Shown here piece by piece: positions 45,940 through 53,693 of a stretch of 64,000 nt of DNA; the stretch's first letter is position 1; every line of letters begins with the position of its first letter. The notes below the pieces were generated by a model, which had not been told where the DNA came from, searched no databases, and was given only the letters and a program-made list of their open reading frames with translations. Position numbers and translations under genes: made by a program. Source of the DNA: Thermodesulfobacteriota bacterium (GTDB taxonomy: Bacteria; Desulfobacterota; Desulfobulbia; Desulfobulbales; JBFMBH01); contig JBFMBH010000006.1 of NCBI GenBank assembly GCA_040755095.1, positions 1,290 through 65,289 of the forward strand, read 5' to 3'.

Positions 45940-46926
45940 TCAGGCCACCGGCAGCCAGCCGCGCTCCCGGCAAGCGGCGAGCACCAGCTCGCCCAGCGCT
46001 GCAATGAAGCCGGGCCGCACGTTCAGGGACTCGGTGCGCACCAGGCGCATCCCGAGGCCGTGGGCCAGCTGGCGGTACTGGATATCGATCTCGTGCAGGG
46101 TCTCGATGTGGTCCGAGACAAAGCTGACCGGCACCACCACCACGGTGCGGCAGCCGCCGGCGGCCAGCTGCCGCAGGCTGTCCGGGGTGGAGGGGGCGAG
46201 CCAGCGCACCGGGCCGCTCCGGCTCTGGAAGGCCAGTTGCCCGGGCCGGCCGGTCAGCTCCTCCACCGCGGCGATGGTGGCCCGGATCTGATCGAGATAG
46301 GGATCGCCCTCCTCGATCAGGGCGGCGGGCAGGGAGTGGGCGCTGTACAGAACCGCCGCCGCCGGGTCGGCCGCTGCCTGCCAGGCGGCGGCGATCACCG
46401 CCGCCAGCTCCCGGATGTAGCCCGCCTGGGTGGGCCATTCCCGCACCACCGCCAGCTCCAGATCAGGCACCCCCACTTGCAGCTGGCGGGCCAGCTCGCT
46501 CAAGGAGGAGCCGGTGGTGGCCCGGGAGAAGTGGGGGTAGAGGGTGAGCGCCACCAGCCGCCGGATGCCGGCCGCCTGCACCTGGGCCAGGCAGGCGCCG
46601 GTCCGGGGATGCCAGTAGCGCATGCAGACGAAGGAGCGGAACGGGCCGCAGGGGGCCAGATGCTCCGCCAGGGCCTGCCCCTGGGCAGCGGTGATGCGGG
46701 CCAGGGGCGAGCCGCCGATCTCGGCGTAGTTGGCCCGGCTCTTGGGCGCCCGGCGCCAGGCGATCAAACGGGCGATGAGGGGCTGGAGCAGGGCCGGCCC
46801 CAGGCGGATGATCTCCCGGTCGGAAAAAAGGTTGACCAGAAAGGGCCGCACCTCCTCGCCCCGCTCCGGGCCGCCCAGATTGAGGAGCAGGATGGCGATG
46901 GCCTGGCTGCCGCTGGCTGGGGTCAC
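45940..46926 (-). CDS. hemH: Ferrochelatase (proto- or coproporphyrin type not distinguishable here)
   Basis: 'IAILLLNLGGPE..VRPFLVNLFSD', 'YSAHSLP' and 'SFVSDHIETLHEID'. GTG 46926 lies 5 nt after the hemE stop. The track start at 47451 is an over-extension into hemE. Confidence 0.85.
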   Translation of the reverse strand: MTPASGSQAIAILLLNLGGPERGEEVRPFLVNLFSDREIIRLGPALLQPLIARLIAWRRAPKSRANYAEIGGSPLARITAAQGQALAEHLAPCGPFRSFVCMRYWHPRTGACLAQVQAAGIRRLVALTLYPHFSRATTGSSLSELARQLQVGVPDLELAVVREWPTQAGYIRELAAVIAAAWQAAADPAAAVLYSAHSLPAALIEEGDPYLDQIRATIAAVEELTGRPGQLAFQSRSGPVRWLAPSTPDSLRQLAAGGCRTVVVVPVSFVSDHIETLHEIDIQYRQLAHGLGMRLVRTESLNVRPGFIAALGELVLAACRERGWLPVA

Positions 46927-46931
46927 GGCCG

Positions 46932-47966
46932 CTACCGCCGGCTCAGGCGATGGACGCAGGCCACCAGGAACTGGGCCTTTTCGGGCGGCGTTTCCGGCAG
47001 GATACCGTGGCCGAGGTTGAAGATGTGGCCGCGGGCCTGGCGGCCCTGGTCGAGGATCCGGGCCACCCTCTTTTCCAGCTCCGCCTCCGGCAGCAGGAGG
47101 GCGCAAGGGTCCAGATTGCCCTGGATCGCCACCCCCGGCCCCAGCCGCTCCAGGGCCTGGGCGATGTCGAGCCGCCAGTCGAGGCCCAGGACATCGGCGC
47201 CGCTGGTCTCGGACAGCTCCAGAAGGCTGGCGCCGTTGTTGGCGAAGTAGATGATCGGCACCGTCACCCCCTGGGCCCGGAGGTCGGCGATGATCCGCTT
47301 GACGTAGGGCAGGGCGTAGCGGGCGAAATCCTCCGGACCCAGCACCCCGACCCAGGAGTCGAAAATCTGCAGCGCCTGGGCACCGGCAGACACCTGGGCC
47401 GCCAGATACAGGGTGGTGCTGGCGGTGATCCGGTCCAGGAGGGCCGCCCACACCTCCGGGGCGGCGTACATCAGGCGCTTGGTCTCAAAGAAGCTCTTGG
47501 ACGAGCCGCCCTCGATCACGTAGGTGGCCAGGGTGAAAGGCGCGCCGGCAAAACCGATGAGGGGCACCTTGGCGGCCAGCTCCCGCCGGAGGATGCGGAT
47601 GGCTTCCAGGACAAAGCCCAGGCGCTCCTCCGGGTCCGGCACCGACAGCCGCCCCACATCGGCCAGCGAGCGCACCACCGGTCCCAGGACCGGTCCCTTC
47701 TTCTCATGGAAGGCCAGCTCCATGCCCATGGCCTCGATGGGCACCAGGATGTCGGAAAAGAGGATCGCCGCATCGACGCCCAGGATGTCCACCGGCTGGA
47801 TCGTCACCTCGGCGGCCAGCTCCGGGGTCTTGCACAGTTCCAGGAAGGAAACCCGATCCCGGACTGTGTGGTAGGCGGGCAGATACCGCCCGGCCTGGCG
47901 CATGATCCAGATCGGCGTGTGGGAGACCGCCTCGCCGCGGCAGGCCCGCAGGAAGGTATCGTTCAT
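46932..47966 (-). CDS. hemE: Uroporphyrinogen decarboxylase
   Basis: '[15 protein letters not shown]', '[11 protein letters not shown]', '[12 protein letters not shown]' and '[13 protein letters not shown]'. Confidence 0.95.
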   Translation of the reverse strand: MNDTFLRACRGEAVSHTPIWIMRQAGRYLPAYHTVRDRVSFLELCKTPELAAEVTIQPVDILGVDAAILFSDILVPIEAMGMELAFHEKKGPVLGPVVRSLADVGRLSVPDPEERLGFVLEAIRILRRELAAKVPLIGFAGAPFTLATYVIEGGSSKSFFETKRLMYAAPEVWAALLDRITASTTLYLAAQVSAGAQALQIFDSWVGVLGPEDFARYALPYVKRIIADLRAQGVTVPIIYFANNGASLLELSETSGADVLGLDWRLDIAQALERLGPGVAIQGNLDPCALLLPEAELEKRVARILDQGRQARGHIFNLGHGILPETPPEKAQFLVACVHRLSRR

Positions 47967-48011
47967 GACTCGCTCCTCTCCGGTAGGGGGCCGCAGCAGC
48001 CCCGGGGATCC

Positions 48012-49106
48012 CTAGCGGCCGGCGTCGCGGCCCGCCGCTTCCTGGGCCTTCACCAGCTTCAGGGGCAGATAGCCGCAAAACGGCTCCTCGGCCAGGTAGT
48101 CACCGCTCATGGCGTAGGCCCGGGCCCGGCAGCCGCCGCAGACATTGACAAACTCGCACGCCCCGCAGCGGCCCCGATAGGATTTGAAATCCCGCAGCTC
48201 CTGGAACAGGGACGAGGTCTCCCAGATCTCCTTGAAGGACTGCTCGCGGATGTTGCCCGCCGCCTTGGGGAAGTAGGAGCAGGGCAGCACATTGCCGTCC
48301 ACGTCAATGAGGCTGATGAGCTGGCCGGCCAGACAACCCTTGGCACCGCCGGTGGAGAACTTGAGGCTGCGGCGCTCGAGCTTCTCGCCCCGGGCCCGGG
48401 CCTCTTGCACCACCACCCGGTAGTAATGGGGGGCGCAGGTGGGCCGGACCAGCATCCCGGTCTCGTTCTTCTCCATCTCGTAATGCCAGCGCAACAGCTC
48501 CTCGTAGTCCTCCTTGGAGATGAGCTCGGAGAGGATCTCCTCGCCCCGGCCGGTGGGCACGATCATGAACATGTACCAGGCGGTGGCGCCCAGCTCCTTG
48601 GCCAGGCGGGCGACCTTGGGAATCTCGGCCTGGTTGCGCTTCGTGAAGGAGGAGTTGATGAGGAAGGGGATGCCGTGCTCCCGGAAGAGGCCGGCGGCCC
48701 GCACTGTGCCGTCGAAGGCGCCGGGCTGGCAGCGGAAGTCGTCGTGCACTGGCGCGCTGGCCCCGTCCAGGCTCAGGGACACCATCTTGATGTCCACTTC
48801 CTTGATACGGTCGCAGATCTCCGGCGTCACCAGGGTGCCATTGGTGGCCAGGCACATGCGCAAGCCTTTTTGGGTGCCGTAGCGGGCGATCTCGAAGACA
48901 TCCGGCCGCAGAAGCGGCTCGCCGCCGGAGAGCACCACCACCGGCTGGGCATAGGAGGCGATGTCGTCCAGGACCCGCCGGGCCTCCTCCAGGGAGAAAT
49001 CCGGGTGGCCCGCCACCTCCAGGGCCGAGGACGAGCGGCAGTGGACACACTTGAGGTTGCAGCGCCGGGTGATCTCCCAGGCGATCCACTTGGGCACAAA
49101 TTCCAC
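48012..49106 (-). CDS. Radical SAM/SPASM protein of the AhbC/AhbD/NirJ family
   Basis: '[15 protein letters not shown]' (CX3CX2C), '[11 protein letters not shown]' and SPASM Cys cluster '[19 protein letters not shown]'. GTG 49106 is preceded by GGAGG with a 6-nt spacer. Confidence 0.8.
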   Translation of the reverse strand: MEFVPKWIAWEITRRCNLKCVHCRSSSALEVAGHPDFSLEEARRVLDDIASYAQPVVVLSGGEPLLRPDVFEIARYGTQKGLRMCLATNGTLVTPEICDRIKEVDIKMVSLSLDGASAPVHDDFRCQPGAFDGTVRAAGLFREHGIPFLINSSFTKRNQAEIPKVARLAKELGATAWYMFMIVPTGRGEEILSELISKEDYEELLRWHYEMEKNETGMLVRPTCAPHYYRVVVQEARARGEKLERRSLKFSTGGAKGCLAGQLISLIDVDGNVLPCSYFPKAAGNIREQSFKEIWETSSLFQELRDFKSYRGRCGACEFVNVCGGCRARAYAMSGDYLAEEPFCGYLPLKLVKAQEAAGRDAGR

Positions 49107-49325
49107 AGGCAGCCTCCAAAGAAGGGCTTGTTACGGCCGGTGAAGGGATCGGGGCTATTTGCCACGGACCGGCCAGGCTGTCAACGAAGGACTGCCCCAG
49201 TTTGGCGGCAATTCCGGCCGGTGGCAAGACCATTCCACGGCCCTGGCCCCATGGCCTCGGCCCAGGGGGCGCTGGCGCCATCCTGGTCCCCCAGGTCGCA
49301 ACCGGCGGCCCCGGTTCTGACCCCA

Positions 49326-50690
49326 TCAGCCGTGGGCGCTGCCCTCGCCGCCCAGCATGGTGGCGATGATGGCGACCAGACGGCCGGCACTGAGGCCTGT
49401 CTCGCCGGGCAGGATCGCCGCCGGGGGATAGCGGCGGGCAAGGGTCAGGGCGGCTACCAGGTGCCGCCGGCCGGCCCGGAGGTTCCCCTGTTGGCAGCGC
49501 AGATTGCCCAGGGTGAAATGGGCCAGCAGATGCTCCGGGGCCAGGTAGAGACAACGCTCCAGGGCCTTGATCCCCTCGTGCGCCTGTCCCAGCTCCAGGG
49601 CAATGCCTGCGGCCAGGTAATGGGCCTCGGGATCGAGACGCTCCAGGGCCAGGGCCCGCTGGCACCAAGTGGCGGCGGCCGCAAGCTGCCCCTTCTTGGC
49701 GTGGCAGCGGGCCAGAAGCAGGCAGGCGGCCCGGTCTGCGGCCGGCGGCTCGGCCAGTCCCTCGGCGGCAGCCACCGGCCTCTCCGGTGGCGGTCCCGCT
49801 ACCGGAGAGGCCGGTCCCTGGGGGCGGAAGATCATCGGGCCATGGCCGGCCAGGGTAAAGAGCCCGGAGGCGAGAAAGAAGGGGGCGTCGGTGGGGCCGG
49901 CCACCAGCCAGCCCTCCGGAGCCAGGTTGGCGTGCAGCCTGGCCACCAGGGCTGCCGCCATCTCCGGCTCCCAGTACATGAGAAGATTGCGGCAGAAGAT
50001 CACATCCTGGTCCTGGCGAGCTGCCGCCTCGTCCGGCAGCGGCGCCTTGGCCAGGTTGCAGTGGCGGAAGGTCACCAGCCGCCGGAGACGGGGGACGATC
50101 TCCCAGCGCCCGTTGGCCAGGGGCCGGAAGAAGGTCTGCCGGCTCTCCTCGTCCAGGCCCCGGAAGGACCAGGGGCCATAGACCCCGCGGCTGGCGGTGG
50201 CCAGGGCTGCGGCGTTGATGTCGGTGCCCAGGACAGCCACCTGCCAGCCACCCAGCTCGGCCCGATAGCGATCCAGGACCATGGCCAGGGAATAGGCCTC
50301 CTCGCCGGTGCTGCAGGCGATGCTCCACAGGCGCAGCCGGCGGCGGCTACCCGCACGGGCGGCCAGCCGCTCCGGCAGGATCTTGTCGGTCAGGGTGGCA
50401 AACGACTTGGGCTCTCGGAAGAAGTAGGTCTCGCCCACCGTCAGACAGCCGGTCAGGGCCTCGGCCTCCTCCGGGGTGAGGAGGCCGCTCACGAGGCGGT
50501 GCACCAGCCGGTCGCTGTCGCCCTGCCGCAGGAGGTCAGCGGCCTGCACCAGCTGGCGGTCCAGCTCGTCCCAGCGCTCGGGCCGGAACAGGAGGCCCAG
50601 GCGGCTGGCCAGAATGCGACTCACCGTCGCCAGCTGAGAATCGGTTGCGTGTCGGGGCATGAGCAGTGCCGAGCCTGGAAGGCCGGCCAC
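49326..50690 (-). CDS. cheR: Chemotaxis protein methyltransferase CheR with a C-terminal TPR domain
   Basis: 'ETYFFREPKSF', 'LRLWSIACSTGEEAYSLAM' and 'DVIFCRNLLMYW'. TPR-like helices sit in the last ~130 aa. The start may be ATG 50660 instead of GTG 50690. Confidence 0.85.
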   Translation of the reverse strand: MAGLPGSALLMPRHATDSQLATVSRILASRLGLLFRPERWDELDRQLVQAADLLRQGDSDRLVHRLVSGLLTPEEAEALTGCLTVGETYFFREPKSFATLTDKILPERLAARAGSRRRLRLWSIACSTGEEAYSLAMVLDRYRAELGGWQVAVLGTDINAAALATASRGVYGPWSFRGLDEESRQTFFRPLANGRWEIVPRLRRLVTFRHCNLAKAPLPDEAAARQDQDVIFCRNLLMYWEPEMAAALVARLHANLAPEGWLVAGPTDAPFFLASGLFTLAGHGPMIFRPQGPASPVAGPPPERPVAAAEGLAEPPAADRAACLLLARCHAKKGQLAAAATWCQRALALERLDPEAHYLAAGIALELGQAHEGIKALERCLYLAPEHLLAHFTLGNLRCQQGNLRAGRRHLVAALTLARRYPPAAILPGETGLSAGRLVAIIATMLGGEGSAHG

Positions 50691-50838
50691 AAAGGACTGG
50701 ACGCCGAACGCGGCTCGTTGCTACACTGCGCTTCGCCGGCATCCAGGGCCGGCCACTGCCGGCCCTCGCCGGATTATCGCACAATGCCCCAGCGACAGAC
50801 AAGGCGTCCCCAGCCCTGCCGCTCCCCACCCAGCCGCC

Positions 50839-51141
50839 ATGACCCCGCACCCGGCCACCATCCATCTCGCCCTCCTGACCGTCGAGATCTTCATCCCCCA
50901 CTCCGGCTCCCTGAAGTCGAAGCGAAAGGTCACCTCCAGCCTCAAACGCCGGATCCGCAACGAGTGCAACGCCTCGGTGGCGGAGCTGGGGCTCCTGGAG
51001 GAATGGCAGCGCTCGCTCCTCGGAGTAGCGGTTCTGGGCAACGACCGCCGCCTGGTGGACGAGCAGATGAATCTGGTCCGGGGCCTGTTCGACGAGGAGA
51101 GCGAGATCGAGATCGTGGCCGCCCGCCTGGAGTGGTGCTAG
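50839..51141 (+). CDS. DUF503 (YlxP-like) protein
   Basis: 'LTVEIFIPHSGSLKSKRKVTSSLKRRIRNECNASVAELG..WQRSLLGVAVLGND' matches the DUF503 pattern. ATG 50839. The track start at 50659 is an over-extension. Confidence 0.7.
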   Translation: MTPHPATIHLALLTVEIFIPHSGSLKSKRKVTSSLKRRIRNECNASVAELGLLEEWQRSLLGVAVLGNDRRLVDEQMNLVRGLFDEESEIEIVAARLEWC

Positions 51142-51143
51142 CC

Positions 51144-51737
51144 GTGAAGGCCTTCTGGCTGGCCTTCGTGCCCCTGTTCGTGGCCGTGGATGCCCTGGGG
51201 GTGCTGCCTTTGTACCTCGGCCTCACCGAGGACCTGGACCAGGCGGCGCGGCGGCGGATCATCAGCCAGTCGGTGGCCACGGCCACCGTGGTGGCCCTGA
51301 CCTTCCTGGTGGCCGGCACCTGGATCCTGCGCCTTCTGGGGCTCACCATCGCCGACTTCATGATCGCCGGCGGCTGCGTGCTGTTCGCCCTCTCCTTGCG
51401 GGATCTCCTCACCGCGGACAAGGCCTTGCGCCAAGTGGACCCGGACAGCCTGGGCGCGGTGCCCATCGGCGTGCCCCTCATCACCGGGCCAGCGGTCCTC
51501 ACCACCTCCCTTTTGGTCATGCACCAGCACGGCTTTGTCATCGCCGCCCTGGCGGTGGTGACCAACATCCTCATCGCCGGCATCACCTTTCTCTTCGCCG
51601 GCGCCATCCACCGGGTCCTGGGCCGAGCCGGCTCCAAGACCCTCTCCAAGATCGCGAGCCTCCTCCTGGCCGCCATCGCGGTCATGATGGTGCGACGGGG
51701 CCTGGTGGCCCTGGTCACCGGCAGCGGCAGCCCGTGA
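51144..51737 (+). CDS. MarC-family (UPF0056) integral membrane protein
   Basis: 'FWLAFVPLFVAVDALGVLPLYLGLTE', 'VPIGVPLITGPAVLTTSLL' and 'LSKIASLLLAAIAVMMV'. GTG 51144 lies 2 nt after the DUF503 stop. It is the only credible part of the 1595-aa track ORF 46950..51737. Confidence 0.8.
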   Translation: MKAFWLAFVPLFVAVDALGVLPLYLGLTEDLDQAARRRIISQSVATATVVALTFLVAGTWILRLLGLTIADFMIAGGCVLFALSLRDLLTADKALRQVDPDSLGAVPIGVPLITGPAVLTTSLLVMHQHGFVIAALAVVTNILIAGITFLFAGAIHRVLGRAGSKTLSKIASLLLAAIAVMMVRRGLVALVTGSGSP

Positions 51738-51747
51738 TGGACCATCT

Positions 51748-51802
51748 GGACAACATGGACGCCATGGACCGCCGGGCCGGGTCCATCACGTCCATGCTGT
51801 CC
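51748..51802. repeat. 23-bp imperfect inverted repeat built from ATGGAC/GTCCAT hexamers between convergent genes
   Basis: Left arm GGACAACATGGACGCCATGGACC (51748..51770). Right arm GGTCCATCACGTCCATGCTGTCC (51780..51802). They match at 20/23 positions with a 9-nt GC loop. Two further GTCCAT-like copies extend to about 51820. Confidence 0.7.
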
Positions 51803-51822
51803 ATGACGTCCATACCGTCCAC

Positions 51823-53007
51823 CTACACCCGGCAGATCAGCCCCTTGAGATAGCTGCCCTCCGGGAAGTGGAGGGTAAAGGGGTGGTCGGCCGGCTGGCC
51901 GAGGCGGGCCAGGACCTGGGGGTCCCGGCCGGCGTCCCGGGCCGCCTCGGCGACGATGGCCTCGAAGATCTCCGGGGAGACATGGCCGGAGCAGGAGAAG
52001 GTGACCAGGAGGCCGTCCGGCCGCAGGAGCTTCATGGCCAGCAGATTGATGTCCTTGTAGCCCCGGCTGGCAGCAGGCACCTGGCTCGCCGATTCAGCGA
52101 ACTTGGGGGGATCGAGGATGATGCAGTCAAAGAAGCGGCCCATGTCCCGGAAGCGGCGCAGGGCGACAAAGACATCCGCCTCCAGGCTCTCCAGCCGCTC
52201 GGCAGCAAAGCCGTTGTCCCGGGCATGGACGGCGGCCTGGGCCAAGGCAGCGGCCGAGGTCTCCAGGTTGGTGACCCGAGTGGCGCCGCCGGCCAGGGCA
52301 CTGATGCCGAAAGCGCCGGTGTAGGCGAAGGCGTTGAGCACCTCCCGGCCCGCCGCCAGGGCCGTCACCCGCGCCCGGTTGTCCCGCTGGTCGAGATAGA
52401 AGCCGGTCTTGTGGCCGGAGCGCACATCCACCTGGAAGCGGCAGGGGCCCTCGACGATGGGGATCCAAGCTGGCGGCTCCTCGCCGGCCAGGAGCCCCAC
52501 CCGGGGCGCCAACCCCTCCTTGGCCCGCACCCCGGCGTCGGAGCGCTCGAAGATCCCGGCCACCGGCACCAGCGCCCCCAGGGTGTCGACGATGGTCGCC
52601 CGCCACGCCTCGGGGCCGGCCGCCAGCAGCTGGCAGACCAGAAAATCGCCATAGCGGTCCACCACCAGGCCGGGCAGGCCATCGCCTTCCCCGTTGACCA
52701 GCCGATACGCCGTCGCGTCGTCCCGGCTGGCCAGATCCTGCCGGCGCGCCAGGCAGCGCGCCAGACGTCGCTGCCAGAAGGCGTCGTCGATGGCCTCCAC
52801 CGGGTCCAGGCTCCACAGCCGCACCAGGATCTGGGAAAGGGGGGAATAGGCCCCCCGGCCCAGGAGCCGGCCGTCTGCGGCCACCACCTTCACGGTGGCG
52901 CCGGCGGCGGGCTCCCCGTCCACCCGCGCCACAGCGCCGGAGAAGATCCAGGGATGGCGGCGCCGGACGCTCTTGTCCCGGCCTGGCTTCAGAACCACCT
53001 GTGCCAT
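51823..53007 (-). CDS. rlmI: 23S rRNA (cytosine1962-C5)-methyltransferase RlmI (PUA + class I SAM MTase)
   Basis: Colinear by eye with E. coli RlmI: 'VLKPGRDKSVRRRHPWIFSGAV', 'GHKTGFYLDQRDNR', 'DCIILDPPKF', 'GYKDINLLAMKLL' and 'EGSYLKGLICRV'. ATG 53007 is preceded by AGGAG with an 8-nt spacer. Confidence 0.9.
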   Translation of the reverse strand: MAQVVLKPGRDKSVRRRHPWIFSGAVARVDGEPAAGATVKVVAADGRLLGRGAYSPLSQILVRLWSLDPVEAIDDAFWQRRLARCLARRQDLASRDDATAYRLVNGEGDGLPGLVVDRYGDFLVCQLLAAGPEAWRATIVDTLGALVPVAGIFERSDAGVRAKEGLAPRVGLLAGEEPPAWIPIVEGPCRFQVDVRSGHKTGFYLDQRDNRARVTALAAGREVLNAFAYTGAFGISALAGGATRVTNLETSAAALAQAAVHARDNGFAAERLESLEADVFVALRRFRDMGRFFDCIILDPPKFAESASQVPAASRGYKDINLLAMKLLRPDGLLVTFSCSGHVSPEIFEAIVAEAARDAGRDPQVLARLGQPADHPFTLHFPEGSYLKGLICRV

Positions 53008-53034
53008 GCGGCTTGCTCCTGTACGCAACGGATT

Positions 53035-53598
53035 CTAGCCCTGGCTGCCGCCAGGATCCGTGGTGCCCGGTCTGGAGGCGGCTCCGGCCGGGGGATGGGC
53101 GGCTCCCCGCCGGCGCCACAGCAGGGTGAGCAGAAGCAGGACCAGGGCGCCGGCGATGAGCCAGGCGTCCAGGCGACCGGAGGCGGCCAGGGCGCGGCTG
53201 ATCTGGGGCCAGCCCCGGCGGCCGGTCGCCCAGTAGACCTCCAGGGGCCAGAAGAAGGAGATCGGGATGCCGCTCCACAAAACGTCGGCGGCCAGATGGG
53301 AAAGGACCACCGCCACCGCTGCCACCGGATCGAGACTCGCCCTCCCGCTGGCCCGGCGCCACAGCCACGCCGTCCCCAGACCCAGGACCAGGGCAAAGAG
53401 CAGGGAGTGGGTGGGCCCCCGGTGGAAGGCCAGGGCGTTGTCCCGCAGCACCAGCCCAGCCAGGATGTCCACATCCGGCAGGTTGGCCAGGACCGCCACG
53501 GCGCCGGCAACAGCCCAGGACCAGGGCCGGCGCCGGAGCAGGCTTGCCAGCCGATAGGCCAGAAGGCCCACGGCCGCATGTCCGAGGGGCATGGGCAT
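53035..53598 (-). CDS. Membrane-bound metal-dependent hydrolase, YdjM/DUF457-like
   Basis: 'MPLGHAAVG', 'NLPDVDIL' and 'HRGPTHSLLFAL', plus several TM segments. Confidence 0.65.
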   Translation of the reverse strand: MPMPLGHAAVGLLAYRLASLLRRRPWSWAVAGAVAVLANLPDVDILAGLVLRDNALAFHRGPTHSLLFALVLGLGTAWLWRRASGRASLDPVAAVAVVLSHLAADVLWSGIPISFFWPLEVYWATGRRGWPQISRALAASGRLDAWLIAGALVLLLLTLLWRRRGAAHPPAGAASRPGTTDPGGSQG

Positions 53599-53693
53599 GG
53601 GCGTCGCGTCATCCGGATGGTGGGGGGAATCCTTCCGGCATTGTACACTCTCTCCTGGCCGGCACCAAACCCTATCCCCGGCCACCCTTGACC

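Noticed and set aside
46950-51143. First ~1398 codons of the 1595-aa track ORF 46950..51737(+).
   Set aside because: It runs antisense or out of frame through hemE, the radical SAM gene, cheR and DUF503, all of which have strong motif support. Only the last 197 codons (the MarC-family protein from GTG 51144) look like a real protein.
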